Of a stretch of DNA of 64,000 nucleotides, positions 10,397-23,409 are shown one piece after another. The first letter of the stretch is position 1; every line of letters starts with the position of its first letter. The notes under the pieces were generated by a model. It ran no database searches, was not told the origin of the DNA, and was given only the letters and a program-made list of their open reading frames with translations. The stretch is taken from contig CAWFFN010000005.1 of the NCBI GenBank assembly GCA_963815115.1, positions 1,344,001-1,408,000 of the forward strand, written 5' to 3'. This DNA is from an uncultured delta proteobacterium (GTDB lineage Bacteria > Desulfobacterota > Binatia > DP-6). The position numbers and the translations under genes were made by a program.

Positions 10397-13297
10397 ATGC
10401 GCGTCGCGAGCGGCTTCCGCGGTGTGCTCTGTGCAGTGCTCGCGGGGCTCGCCATGGCCCGCGCGGGTCTGGCGCAGACCGTGATGCCGCCATCGATCAG
10501 CCTCCCGCCGGCTTCAGCCGTCTGTGCACCGGGCGCGCAGACGCTGCAGGCCTGTCTCACGCTTCCGGCTGGGCCGAGCGCGGTCGACATTTTCTATCTG
10601 TTCGGTTTCGGAGTCCCGGTGACGTCGCTGCTCGGCGACCTGGCGGCGAACCTCGAGCCCGTCCTGCCTGGCGTCGAATTCGGCATCGGCGCGGGAAATC
10701 TCGGCGGCTACGGGGGAGCCGGGGACGACTACAACCTGGAATTCCCTGCCAGTCGACCGTTGATCCTGAACCAGCCCATCGTCACGGCGGCGGCTGCAGG
10801 AGGTTCGGCGAGCCGTGATGCGCTCGTCAACGGCGCCCTCGGCCTCGCCTCGCCCAGCGTGGGTGGCAGCTGTATCCGCTCGAACAGCGTCGAAGCCCTC
10901 TACCAGATCGCGACGGGCGTCGGCTTCGATGGCGACGGCGACGGGTCGACCACCGGGATCGGCGGCCTTCAGACCGCCGCTGCCGACATGACGAAGACGC
11001 ACCCGGACGACAGCGGTGACATACCGGCTTTCGCGACGCTCGCACCCGGGGTGATCACCGCTGGACGCGTCGGTGGCGCCGGCTTCCGACCCGACGCGCT
11101 CAAGCTGATCATCGTGGCCACGGACAACGGCTCCGTCGAGGTGTTCTCCGGGCTCCCCCCGGCCTCCATCACGGGGCCAGGCGGCACGGTGCCGGTCGGC
11201 GATTTCGAGATCTCCACCGATGACTGCGGTTCCCCCCCGATCGGCCCGGCCGGTGATGCGAAGAGATCTGCCGACAATACGGTTCCCGATGCGGTCGCTC
11301 CGCTGGGCGCGGCGACGCTGCCAGCGGCGGTGGATGCGCTCGGCGCGGCAGGAATCCGCGTGCTCGGCCTCGGACCGGGCGCGGGACCGCGGCCGCTCGG
11401 CTCGGGGCCGGTCAGCGACCCGAGCGACCCGGCGAACCCCTCGGTGTTCCTGTCTGCCATCGCGCGCGTGACGGGCGCGGTGGACGCGACGGGAACGCCG
11501 CTGGTGGTCGACAGCGACGCCGGGCAGCGTCCCCTCAGGGACGCCGTCGTTCAAGCCGTGGAGCCGCCGCCGGTTGGCGTCGCTCTGACCGTCGCCGGCG
11601 CGATCCCCGCCGGGCTGTCCGTTGCCGTCGCACCTTCTCTCGTGTCCGGTGTCGCGCCCGGCGGCCAGGCCTGCTTCGACGTGACCTTCGCGAGCGCGAC
11701 GGTCCCGCCGGCAGGCAACTTCGCCCTCGAGTTCAGGGATTCGGCCGGCGGCGCGCTGCTCGGCACGATCCCCGTCTCCGTGGACTGCGGCGTCTGCAGG
11801 GCCGCCCAGGAGTGCGACGACGGGAATCCCTGCACGGACGAGACCTGCACGGGCGGACGTTGCGCGCGCACGAACAACACGGCGCCCTGCGACGACGGGG
11901 ACGTCTGCAACGGCGGCGATGCGTGCAGGGACGGCATCTGCACGCCCGTCGGGGCGCAGGGATCGTCGTGTGCCGCGAGCGTGCTCGGGGCCTTCCTCCC
12001 GAACTACCGCGACGGCACCATCGCCGCGCTGGACGTGGTGAGGGATCGACTGCTCGTGAGCCCCTCTCCCCAGGTCGGTCCGAGAGGAGCGCCGTGGGGG
12101 GTTGCCGTCACCCCGGACGGTCGAACCGTCTACGTGTCCAACCGGGTCAAGCGTGGCAGCCTCTCGGTGGTCGACACGGCCGACCCGACACACGTCGAGG
12201 TCGCCTCGATCGAGGTCGGGAAACGTCCGGTCGGGATCGCCGTTCACCCCGACGGGAGTCGAGTCTACGTCGCGAACCTCGACAGCCGAACGGTGTCCGT
12301 GGTCGACGCAACGACGAGGGCCGTCAAGACCATCAAGGTGGGCAAAGGCCCAGCCGGAATCGCCGTGAACTCGCAGGGCACCAGGCTGTACGTCACCAAC
12401 TACCGTGGCGACAGCCTGTCCGTCATCGACGTCGCCGACAGGCGCGATCGCGTCGTCAAGACGATCGCCGTTCCCGCGGGACCGATCGGAGTCGCAGTCG
12501 ATCCGAGCGGTACGCGGGTCTACGTCGCGAGCTATCTCGCGGCGCGGGTCACGGTCGTGGGCACCGCGAGCAACATGGTGATCGACACGATCCGGGTCGG
12601 CTCCCACCCCGCAGGGGTGGCCGTCGACTCTTCGGGCAGTCATCTCTTCGTCACGCACGCGCAGGCGAACAGGACCTCCGTCATCGACGCCGGACAGGAT
12701 CGGGAGATCGCTCGCGTCCGCGTCGGCCGCTTCCCCTTCGGCCTCGAGGTCGCCCCCGACGGCAAGGTCTTCGTGGCGAACACCAGAGATGGAAGCATCT
12801 CCGTCGTCGATCCGACCAAGGATCCGGAGCATCCGGAGGTTCATCCGCTGGAGACCCCCCTCGGTGGTCTCCCGGTCTCGCTGGGCACGTTCCTCGCCGT
12901 CGATCCGCGCACCTGCCCGGCGCCCGCGCTCCAGTGCGACGACGGCGATCGGGACACGCTCGACTCTTGCGTGGCGGTGCTGGGTTGCCGGCATGCCACT
13001 CAAGACAGCGCGCTGGACGCGTCCCGCACGAACGTCGACGCGCTCGCCAGCACCTATCGGCAAGGGCAGAGCGACCTGACGGTCGGCAGCACCGCGCAGG
13101 CGAATCGCGTCGGTACGCTCATCGGCGACGCGCAGAGAGCGCTCCACGCCGCGCCGGCGGACGTGGCGTCTGCGAAACGGACGCTTCGCGAGCTGATCGG
13201 CCTTCTCGAGGGCGGGGTCGCCGGCATGCAGCCACGGTTGACGAGTCGCCTGCTGGACCTGTCGCGGGCGGCGGCGCTCCAACTCAGGGCCTCGTAG
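10397..13297 (+). CDS. Secreted multidomain protein: vWA-like domain, Cys-rich CDDG repeats, YVTN/YncE beta-propeller
   Basis: Signal peptide; EALYQIATG...FRPDALKLIIVATD; CDDGNPCT repeats; repeated P-G-I/VAV-P-DG-R-VYV-N blades. Confidence 0.8.
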   Translation: MRVASGFRGVLCAVLAGLAMARAGLAQTVMPPSISLPPASAVCAPGAQTLQACLTLPAGPSAVDIFYLFGFGVPVTSLLGDLAANLEPVLPGVEFGIGAGNLGGYGGAGDDYNLEFPASRPLILNQPIVTAAAAGGSASRDALVNGALGLASPSVGGSCIRSNSVEALYQIATGVGFDGDGDGSTTGIGGLQTAAADMTKTHPDDSGDIPAFATLAPGVITAGRVGGAGFRPDALKLIIVATDNGSVEVFSGLPPASITGPGGTVPVGDFEISTDDCGSPPIGPAGDAKRSADNTVPDAVAPLGAATLPAAVDALGAAGIRVLGLGPGAGPRPLGSGPVSDPSDPANPSVFLSAIARVTGAVDATGTPLVVDSDAGQRPLRDAVVQAVEPPPVGVALTVAGAIPAGLSVAVAPSLVSGVAPGGQACFDVTFASATVPPAGNFALEFRDSAGGALLGTIPVSVDCGVCRAAQECDDGNPCTDETCTGGRCARTNNTAPCDDGDVCNGGDACRDGICTPVGAQGSSCAASVLGAFLPNYRDGTIAALDVVRDRLLVSPSPQVGPRGAPWGVAVTPDGRTVYVSNRVKRGSLSVVDTADPTHVEVASIEVGKRPVGIAVHPDGSRVYVANLDSRTVSVVDATTRAVKTIKVGKGPAGIAVNSQGTRLYVTNYRGDSLSVIDVADRRDRVVKTIAVPAGPIGVAVDPSGTRVYVASYLAARVTVVGTASNMVIDTIRVGSHPAGVAVDSSGSHLFVTHAQANRTSVIDAGQDREIARVRVGRFPFGLEVAPDGKVFVANTRDGSISVVDPTKDPEHPEVHPLETPLGGLPVSLGTFLAVDPRTCPAPALQCDDGDRDTLDSCVAVLGCRHATQDSALDASRTNVDALASTYRQGQSDLTVGSTAQANRVGTLIGDAQRALHAAPADVASAKRTLRELIGLLEGGVAGMQPRLTSRLLDLSRAAALQLRAS

Positions 13298-13310
13298 CGT
13301 CCGGCCCTGC

Positions 13311-14639
13311 TCAGTCGAGCTGCCGTCGCACGGCGGCGACGTCCCGGGCGAAGAGCGCCGGATCATAGGCCGCGGGATCCTGGAGACCCTTGAACACCTG
13401 TTTGATCGCGTCCTGCAGGCCGCCGGTCTCCGGCGGTGCGACCGGACATCCCTGCACGGGCGGCGCCGGCTGCCCGGCTTTCCACTGTATCCAGCTGCGC
13501 GCCGAGGCGAGAGCGGCGAGCGACCACGCGATCTGCTGCGCGCCGCGGAAGCCGGGCGGCGGCTTGCGGGGCGCGGTCAGGTCGCGCAGCACCGCGTTGA
13601 TCTCGTCTTCATGCAGGGCACCGCTCTTGCTGCGCGCCAGCAGGTGGTTGGCCGTTGCCTGCATGGCCGCTGCGACGGGCTCGACCGGCTCACCGCGCTG
13701 GCTCTGCGCGGCCAGCTGCTGGTACCGGGCGATGTTCTGCCGCAGCAGCTCCGCGCGGTCGGCGTCGACCGCGGACGCGAGCGGATCGACTCCCAGCCAG
13801 CGCGACGTGTCGAACGGCGGGTGCCCGCCGACCCCGCGCAGGGGACGTGCTCCGCTCGGGTCGAGCGGATGATGGCAGGTGAAGCAGTCGTACTGCGAGA
13901 ACTCCGGCCAGGCCTCGCGGCGCTGGCGCGTCAGCGCGTCGGCAGCCACCCGCAGCGCGACCGCCTGCCCGGCGGCCCAGGCACCGCCGTCGAACCAGTG
14001 GGCGTTGTCGGGGTGCAGCTTCCAGTGCGGCGGCATGTTGGCGGCGAACGAGTCCAGCTCGAAGACCAGCGCCGGGTGCCCGGCGGCGATCATGGCGTGG
14101 TCGACGGTCTTGCGGGCGCTCCCGAGGTGGCATTCGAGACAGGTGCCGGCGGCCACGGCGGGCTCCGTGGTGTCGGTCATGTGGAGCTGCCTCTTCCGCT
14201 CCTCGATCCCTGGCTGCTCGTGCCAACCCTTCTCCGTGTGCTCCTTGATCCACGATCCGGCCGGGCCGTGGCACGCCTCGCAGCTGACGCCGTCGGCCAG
14301 GCGCGGGCCGTCGGGCTTCTCCGGCACGTTGAGCGCGTGGCAGTCGAGGCACTTGTCCGCCTTCCACGGCTTTTCGGTCATGCCCAGACCGCGGGCGATG
14401 CTCAGCGAACGCGGCTCGTGCAGCACCGCATAGCTCGAGGCGTGGCGATCGCAGCTCCGCCACGTGGCGTACTCGTTCTGGAGGACCCAACGGCTGTCGG
14501 CGCGCGCCGTGACGCTGCCGTGGCAGTTGGGTGACGCGCACGATCCGGCCCCTCGATAGTCGCCGTCGGGCACGACCTCGCCGCCGGCGGCCGCGGCAGT
14601 CGCGAGACATGCCACAACGAGGGTCACGCCCAGCCTCAT
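13311..14639 (-). CDS. Exported c554-like multiheme cytochrome
   Basis: Start at MRLGVTLVV (signal peptide); CASPNCH, CLDCH, CEACH, CLECH, CFTCH; GVSCEACHGP motif. Confidence 0.85.
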   Translation of the reverse strand: MRLGVTLVVACLATAAAAGGEVVPDGDYRGAGSCASPNCHGSVTARADSRWVLQNEYATWRSCDRHASSYAVLHEPRSLSIARGLGMTEKPWKADKCLDCHALNVPEKPDGPRLADGVSCEACHGPAGSWIKEHTEKGWHEQPGIEERKRQLHMTDTTEPAVAAGTCLECHLGSARKTVDHAMIAAGHPALVFELDSFAANMPPHWKLHPDNAHWFDGGAWAAGQAVALRVAADALTRQRREAWPEFSQYDCFTCHHPLDPSGARPLRGVGGHPPFDTSRWLGVDPLASAVDADRAELLRQNIARYQQLAAQSQRGEPVEPVAAAMQATANHLLARSKSGALHEDEINAVLRDLTAPRKPPPGFRGAQQIAWSLAALASARSWIQWKAGQPAPPVQGCPVAPPETGGLQDAIKQVFKGLQDPAAYDPALFARDVAAVRRQLD

Positions 14640-14776
14640 ACCGACTCGATCCTTCGCAGCATGCGGGTAGCGCATGCAAGCCGCTCGAGTCAAATCTAGC
14701 AAGTAGCCAGCCGGACATGGCGGCCGGTCACTGCCAGACACTGCCGGCCGAGTTCCCGCGGCCTTCGCCCGAGGGC

Positions 14777-16237
14777 TCAGTCGAGATGGAAGAACTGCTT
14801 GATCCGGGCCAGGAGCTGGTGCTGGGCGTCCGCCGGCGCCTCGGAGGGTCTGTCGCGCACCCCCTGGAGCTCCCGCTGCCGGCGGGCGAGGAGGGGGGCG
14901 ATCTCCTCGGCCAGGCGGGGCCGCGTCTCGAGGAGCCGGCGCACGGGCCGGTGATCGACGACCCAGCACGCAACGTCCGAGACGGCCAGGCACGTGGCAT
15001 TGCGCCGGTCCCCGGTCATCAGTGACATCTCGCCGAAGACGTCGCCGGGGCCGAGGCGGGCGACGTCCCGGCGCCCGTCTCCGCTCAGCACCTCCACATG
15101 ACCGCGCTGGATGATGAAGAGCGAGTCGCCGGGATCGCCCTCCCGGATGATCTCCTCGCCCTCCGTGAAGAGCGCCGGTCGCATCGCCGCCGCCAGGCCG
15201 GCGCGGTCCGTCTCGTCGAGGCAGGAGAACACCCCGACCCTTGCCATCGCCTGCGTGCGATCGGCCAGCTCGTTCTCGTCCTCTGCCGAGGCGGGCTGGG
15301 AGCCGCCGAGCAGGGTGCGGATCGGGAAGGGGATCTCCAGGCCGTGGCGGTGCGCTGCGTACCAGACCCGCGTACGTACGGAGGAGCGCGTCACCTCCTC
15401 GCGCAGGAAGTCGCTCGTCCAGAAGCGTAGCGTGTAGCCGACGGCGCTGTCGCCGAAGTTCGCCGTGAGGCAATCCGGAGTCGGCTCGGCGAGGACGCCC
15501 GGTGTGCCGCGGGCGGCATCGAGCAGTACCCGGTGGACCTCCCGCGGGGGGTGGCGGTAGTGGAACCCCACGTCGATGGTCAGCCGGTGCTTGCCGGGCG
15601 GCTTCGACAGGTTGATCACCTTGCCGCTCACCAGCTCGCTGTTCGGAACGATGACGGTCGAGCCGTCGCGAGCGAGCAGCATGGTCGAGCGCCAGCGGAT
15701 CTCGATGATCGCTCCCTCCTGCTCTCCGATCCGGATCCACTCCCCGATGCGGATCGAATCGTCGACCTGCAGGGCGACGCCGGCGAAGGTGTTCGCGATG
15801 GTGCTCTGGAGCGCGAGGCCGATCACGCCGGTCAGGACGGCCGACGTGGTGACGAGCGAAGCGAGGTTGACCCCCGCGTTCCCCAGCAGGATCAGCAGCA
15901 CGAGGAAGAGCGCCAGGGCCTGGAGCAGGTCCCGCACGATGGAGGGCACGTGGACCGCGGCTCGCCCGAGCGCGAGATCGAAAACCACCACTCCCGCGAG
16001 GACGACCGCTCCCGTCGCAACGAGGACCGATGCCAGCAGGGCGAGGGGTCCCGTGGCGGCGGCCGGGAGGAGGTGCAGCGCACCCGCGACGATCAGGATC
16101 GCGACTGCGGCCGTCACGCGACGTCGTGCCGGTGCCGGGAGCAGCAGGCGGATGACCAGCCCCGTCACGATCAGGACGAGGACGAGGCGGAACTCGTTCG
16201 CTCCGAGGAGCGGGGGCAGGCGTTCCCACGGGCTCAT
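14777..16237 (-). CDS. MscS mechanosensitive channel with C-terminal cNMP-binding domain
   Basis: IGLALQSTIAN...VIVPNS MscS motifs; IIREGD...FGEMSL cNMP motif. Confidence 0.9.
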   Translation of the reverse strand: MSPWERLPPLLGANEFRLVLVLIVTGLVIRLLLPAPARRRVTAAVAILIVAGALHLLPAAATGPLALLASVLVATGAVVLAGVVVFDLALGRAAVHVPSIVRDLLQALALFLVLLILLGNAGVNLASLVTTSAVLTGVIGLALQSTIANTFAGVALQVDDSIRIGEWIRIGEQEGAIIEIRWRSTMLLARDGSTVIVPNSELVSGKVINLSKPPGKHRLTIDVGFHYRHPPREVHRVLLDAARGTPGVLAEPTPDCLTANFGDSAVGYTLRFWTSDFLREEVTRSSVRTRVWYAAHRHGLEIPFPIRTLLGGSQPASAEDENELADRTQAMARVGVFSCLDETDRAGLAAAMRPALFTEGEEIIREGDPGDSLFIIQRGHVEVLSGDGRRDVARLGPGDVFGEMSLMTGDRRNATCLAVSDVACWVVDHRPVRRLLETRPRLAEEIAPLLARRQRELQGVRDRPSEAPADAQHQLLARIKQFFHLD

Positions 16238-16393
16238 GTCAGCTTCCGAGGGGTCGCCTTAGCCGTTGACCGCGGTGCCGGCAACCGTGAGGGCCGCCGC
16301 CTTCCCATGAACCCGAAATCGGCTACACTGTCGCTCCCCCGCGCCGGATCGATCTCACCCTCGGCGTGGCGGCTGACGAAGGGAGCGGAGGCG

Positions 16394-18568
<2,175 letters not shown>

Positions 18569-18590
18569 GGCCGTCGCGGGTGGGCCGGGC

Positions 18591-19652
18591 TCAGAGACGG
18601 ATCCAGCGGCCGTCGGTGGAAGCCGTGCGGGCGGCATCCATGACGCGCTGACACGCGGCGCCATCGGCGAACGTGGCGGGAGCGGCGTGCCCGACGGGCA
18701 GGCCGTCGATCAGGTTCGCGAAGTGCTCGGCCTGACGGACGAACGCCGGGAGCTCGACGGCGGCGAATGGTCCCATCCACGGTGCCGTGGCGACCTCGGG
18801 CAAGCGGAGGTCGTCGGGGATATCGACCGCGGCCTCGTGTCCGTCGCGGCCGGCACGCCAGAGGCGGCCGCCCGCGATCCAGCAGGTGGCATCGGAGCCG
18901 GCGATGCGCAGCGTTTCGAAGCGGTCGCCCCAGGTGGCGGCGCTCTGCTGGAGAACGCCCTGGGCGCCATCGCGGGTGCGGAAGAGGAGCGCATAGGTGT
19001 CGTCGGCCTGTCGAGCGATCCCCGCCGGCGCCGGCGCGCGGGCGTCGATCAGCGCCGTCACGTCGGCGATCTCGCCGAGCCAGACGCGGAGCGCGTCGAT
19101 CCAGTGCGAGCCGCACGCGCCGAGCCACCCGCCGCCCTCGGCGGCGTCGAACCACCACGCCGGCGGCGGACGCCACGGATCGACGTAGAGCGGCATCGTG
19201 CTGATCGCGGTGACCAGGTGTGGCGTGCCGAGATCGCCCCGCCCGATCAGGCGCGCCAGCATGGCGCGCGCCGGATCGAAGCGAAACTCGTGGTCGACCA
19301 GCGCGACGACGTTCCGAGCTGCGTCGCACATGGCGTCCGCCTCGGCCACCGTCCGCGCCATCGGCTTCTCGCAGAGGACGTGCAGGCCGGCACGCGCCGC
19401 CGCGACGACGGCGCCGGCGTGCGTGGCGGGCGGTGTCGCGATCGACACCGCCCGCAGGTCCGGAATGGCGAGCGCTTCCTCGAGCGTCCGGCAGGTCCGC
19501 TCGACCCCGCACCGCGCGGCGGCGCGAGCGAGGCGGTCCGGATCGCGCCCGACCAGCGCGACGACCTCGAACCGGCCGCTTGCCCGGAAGGCGGGAACCT
19601 GGATGCGGGCGCCGAATCCCGCACCCACGACGACGATGCGTATCTTCTCCAT
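18591..19652 (-). CDS. Gfo/Idh/MocA family oxidoreductase
   Basis: VVGAGFG Rossmann motif, HVLCEKP, GSHWID. Confidence 0.9.
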   Translation of the reverse strand: MEKIRIVVVGAGFGARIQVPAFRASGRFEVVALVGRDPDRLARAAARCGVERTCRTLEEALAIPDLRAVSIATPPATHAGAVVAAARAGLHVLCEKPMARTVAEADAMCDAARNVVALVDHEFRFDPARAMLARLIGRGDLGTPHLVTAISTMPLYVDPWRPPPAWWFDAAEGGGWLGACGSHWIDALRVWLGEIADVTALIDARAPAPAGIARQADDTYALLFRTRDGAQGVLQQSAATWGDRFETLRIAGSDATCWIAGGRLWRAGRDGHEAAVDIPDDLRLPEVATAPWMGPFAAVELPAFVRQAEHFANLIDGLPVGHAAPATFADGAACQRVMDAARTASTDGRWIRL

Positions 19653-19907
19653 GCTCGGGGCCAGGGTCGACCCGAAGGCGGCCGCGCCACGACGTCCCGT
19701 CCGCAGGACGACCAATCAGACGTCTAGCACTCGTCTAGCACCGTGGTGGTCGCACGAACCAGGTGCCTTGTCCCTGCGCGGTGGGCGGGCCGACTCTCCG
19801 AGCCGGGGGTGAACGGACCGCCAGCAGGGTCGGCGCGGCGAGCCCCGTGGTGAGCCCGTTGCGGGTGGTCCGGACCGGACATAGTATGGTCGGCGTGTTC
19901 CGCTCGC

Positions 19908-20259
<352 letters not shown>

Positions 20260-20750
20260 GTGAAATCAATAGGTTAGCGTCCCTGGGGGACGCGCTGGGG
20301 ACGCCAGCATCCCGCGGCGACCAGTGGGCACCCGAGAGCTCGTCGACGCGCTCGACATCGTTGCTTCGATGTTGGTGTCTACCTACAGGCACCGCGTCCC
20401 CCGGAAGGCGGGGACACCGCTCATCACCTCCGGGTCGATGCTGATCGGGAGCTGCCGTAGTTCAGCCTCGTCCATCTCCGAGCTGCATGAGCCGGAAGGA
20501 TACGCGACTCCAATTCCGTCCCAGCCTTGGTGGAGATGTGGCATGGTCCGGTGCGAGAAGCGCCTCCACGAACCGGCCCGTGCAAAACCTGGGAGCAGAT
20601 CGTACCGGCCGTTGCGCGCGCGGACGATTGAGAAGCGGCTTGCCAGAATGCCGCCCGCGCTGCGATACGAGGTGGGCTAGAGCCGGGGGCGTACCTCCAC
20701 GAGCCTGGCCGGGCATTGCGAGGTTACTTCCCCGACTTGAACTTTCCCGC

Positions 20751-21119
20751 ATGCGGAAGGGCGCGGCAAAAGTAAGACGGGACGGCCCCCGGCGGCCCAG
20801 CCAGGCTCACCTCGACCAACTCGTCGAGCAGGCCACGGTCGACGCCTACGGCGACTCCGAGCAGCGCTGCGGGCTGTTCACCATGATGGAAGACCGTCTC
20901 GCGCTGCCGTTCGATACCGAGGTGCTCGGCGTGCCGGTGACGGTCGAGCGGCTCGACCTGACCGCCGCGGACGAGGTGATCGCCATCTGCCGCCGTGGGC
21001 GAACGCGACAGCGGATCGGCATCCTCGACCTGCCGATGCCCAGCCCACCACCCCATGGTGCCGAGTGGATCGAGGCATACCGGTATTGGGCACAGGGACG
21101 TCCGAGCGGCGTGCGATGA
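20751..21119 (+). CDS. CcbP-like (calcium-binding family) small protein
   Basis: ATVDAYG-EQ...LPF...IEAYRYW pattern recalled for this family. Confidence 0.6.
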   Translation: MRKGAAKVRRDGPRRPSQAHLDQLVEQATVDAYGDSEQRCGLFTMMEDRLALPFDTEVLGVPVTVERLDLTAADEVIAICRRGRTRQRIGILDLPMPSPPPHGAEWIEAYRYWAQGRPSGVR

Positions 21120-21985
21120 GCGAGCACCAGTACTACGAGTTCCAAGCGATCGATCGGCCGCTCGACGAGCGCGCGCTGCGCGAGCTTCGTGCATGTTCGA
21201 CGCGAGCGACGATCACGTCGACTCGCTTCGTCAACCACTACGAGTGGGGCGACCTGAAGGGCGACCCGTGGGTCTGGATGGAACGATACTTCGACGCGTT
21301 TCTCTATGTGGCCAGCTGGGGCACGCGCTGGCTCATGCTGCGCTTCTCCCGCCCCGTCCTCGACCTCTTGACTACAAGGAGGTACTGCCGGGGCGAGTCC
21401 GTCCGGGTGAGGGCCAAGGGCGACTTCCTGATCCTGTCGTTCGCCTCCGAGGACGAATCCGGGGACGGCTGGGACGACGACGGCAGCGGCTGGCTCGCCT
21501 CGCTCATCCCGGTGCGCGGCGACATCGCCGCCGGCGACCATCGGGCGCTGTATCTCGCGTGGCTGTTAGCCGTCCAGCATGGGGAGCTGGCCTCACACGC
21601 GACCGAGCCGCCTGTTCCGCCGGGGCTTCGACGGCTCAGCGCTCGGTTGAAAGCGTTCGCGGACTTCCTACGGATCGATGGTGACCTGATGGCTGCGGCC
21701 GCCCAGCGAAACCCGAACCCGAGCGCTGCCGCGCAACGCAACGAGATCGAACGATTCGTGGCCGCGTTGCCGGAGGCCGAGAAGACTGCCTGGCTCGCTC
21801 GGCTCGCGGCCGGTGATGGTTCTGACATGCGCGGCGAACTCCTCCGCCGTTTTAAGAAGGTGCGGCACCCAGCCGAGGTTCGCCCACTGAAGCCGCGAAC
21901 GGTGGCGGACCTGCTTGCCGCCGCCGGGCGCCTCCAGGAGACGCGTCGCTGTGCGGCGAGGGCAAGAACGCCACGTGGGCAGTGA
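21116..21985 (+). CDS. Conserved hypothetical protein (MSEHQYYEFQAIDRPL), possibly 3'-truncated
   Basis: Overlaps the previous stop (ATGA); N-terminus of a recognisable conserved family. Confidence 0.6.
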   Translation: MSEHQYYEFQAIDRPLDERALRELRACSTRATITSTRFVNHYEWGDLKGDPWVWMERYFDAFLYVASWGTRWLMLRFSRPVLDLLTTRRYCRGESVRVRAKGDFLILSFASEDESGDGWDDDGSGWLASLIPVRGDIAAGDHRALYLAWLLAVQHGELASHATEPPVPPGLRRLSARLKAFADFLRIDGDLMAAAAQRNPNPSAAAQRNEIERFVAALPEAEKTAWLARLAAGDGSDMRGELLRRFKKVRHPAEVRPLKPRTVADLLAAAGRLQETRRCAARARTPRGQ

Positions 21986-22069
21986 AGCCGTCCGGAGTTG
22001 CCGCCGATCACTGCGGGCCATCGACCTCCGTGCCGAGCGAGTTCGGCTGAGCGGTGAAATCGCCGTGCG

Positions 22070-22312
22070 TCAGCGGAGGTACTTCTGCCTCAGCTCGGCG
22101 GCGCGCGTCACGCCCGCATCGGTCAGACAGACCGACTTCGCTCGTCTGCCCTGCGTGAGGAAGCCCTTGGCGTCGAGCGCATCCAGCGTCTCGAAGGGGT
22201 AGCCCTTCCACGCCCGGCGCACCGTGGTGCCCATGCTGTCCTCTCTCCAGGACGTGAGGTCGAGCAGCAGCAGCGTGAGCTCTTCGATGACCCCCGCGTC
22301 GTTCGGATCCAT
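22070..22312 (-). CDS. DUF6429-like small protein
   Basis: RAWKGYPFETLDAL...KSVCLTDAG motif. Confidence 0.7.
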   Translation of the reverse strand: MDPNDAGVIEELTLLLLDLTSWREDSMGTTVRRAWKGYPFETLDALDAKGFLTQGRRAKSVCLTDAGVTRAAELRQKYLR

Positions 22313-22595
22313 ACGCGCTCCTCGGTGGAATTTCTCACATGTGCCAGCCCTTCTGCCACACTCAGTGTCGGCTCGGAACGCAGACGGCGAGAGGCGGACA
22401 CCCTTGCCTCGTCGCCGCGCTCTCGGTCGAGCGTTCGAGCATGGGAATTCCGGCCGGGCGGAGCTCGACGGACCTCGATGGGGCGACCTCTGCCTCGGCA
22501 GGGTTCTCGCTCCCTCTGATGCGCCGGGCCGCCAGGTCGACACCGTGGTGTCGGGATGGCCGGCTGACGTCGAGCGTGGTACTCACGCCGTGGTC

Positions 22596-22823
22596 ATGGC
22601 GACACGCCGCACAGAACTGGACGCGATGCTTCGGCGGGCGAAGGCCCTCCCGTCGCGTGATCAGCTTGCCCTCGTCGAGGGCCTGCTCACCCCGGCGATG
22701 CAGCTCCGTCTGATCGTCAGGCAAGTCAGGAAGCAGGCGGGTCCCCGTGACGAGCGGCGGATCGACCAGGTCGTCGACCGAGCGGTGCGGAAGGTGCGGG
22801 GTGAACGCGCGGCCCGCCGTTAG
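22596..22823 (+). CDS. Putative antitoxin
   Basis: 75-aa basic ORF overlapping a PIN toxin gene. Confidence 0.55.
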   Translation: MATRRTELDAMLRRAKALPSRDQLALVEGLLTPAMQLRLIVRQVRKQAGPRDERRIDQVVDRAVRKVRGERAARR

Positions 22824-23259
22824 GGCGGTCGTTGATTCCAACCTGGTGATTCGCGGTCTCCTCCGGCGCCGGCCGCGCTCGGTCGCCGTTCGCCTGCTCG
22901 ATGCCGCGATCGACGGACGGTTCCAACTCGTGCTCTCACCGTACCTGCTGGCCGAAGTCGAGCAGACGCTGCGCGAACCTGCGGTCCGCGCCCTTCGCAA
23001 GCTGACCGATTCGCAGATCAAGGGCTTCATCGGAGCCTTGGCCGAAGTCGCCCAGGTCGTGGAAGGGGTATACGCCGTCAATCTCGTCGCTCGCGATCCC
23101 GACGACAACCCGGTCGTCGCCTGCGCCTTGGAAGCCGGCGCGAGACACGTCGTGACCGACGACCGGAAGCACCTGCTGCCCATCAAGGCCGTTCGCGTGG
23201 CAGGGTATCGGACTGTCCAGATCGTGAGCCCGATCGAGTTCCTGCGTCACCATCTGTGA
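22801..23259 (+). CDS. PIN-family toxin
   Basis: RAVVDSN...RDPDDNPVVACAL...VVTDD acidic PIN motifs. Confidence 0.85.
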   Translation: MNARPAVRAVVDSNLVIRGLLRRRPRSVAVRLLDAAIDGRFQLVLSPYLLAEVEQTLREPAVRALRKLTDSQIKGFIGALAEVAQVVEGVYAVNLVARDPDDNPVVACALEAGARHVVTDDRKHLLPIKAVRVAGYRTVQIVSPIEFLRHHL

Positions 23260-23386
23260 AAGCGCCCCTCACTATGATGTCCCTGGGGGACAAGATGGCG
23301 GGAAGGTACGGGAGGCGTCGGCAGCCCAGACATCCCCAACTTCCCGCCGCTCCTACCTTCTTCTCCTTCCTCCTCCCCGCCCGCGC

Positions 23387-23409
23387 GGTTCGATTCCCCC
23401 CGCCTCCAT
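23387..23409 (+). repeat. att-like direct repeat of the tmRNA 3' end
   Basis: GGTTCGATTCCCCCCGCCTCCAT is identical to 20236-20258 (23 bp). Confidence 0.9.

Noticed and set aside
13311-16229. 972-aa ORF as one protein
   Set aside because: The N-terminal part is an off-frame overlap of the MscS gene; the cytochrome starts at 14639 with a signal peptide.
15533-16393. N-terminal extension of ppk1
   Set aside because: It is antisense to MscS; the RBS and PPK homology begin at 16394.
19721-19741. CGTCTAGCAC direct repeat upstream of ssrA
   Set aside because: Only two short copies, with no support for a function.
23387-23409. Second tRNA or tmRNA gene
   Set aside because: Only the T-loop and acceptor 3' strand are present; it is an att repeat.
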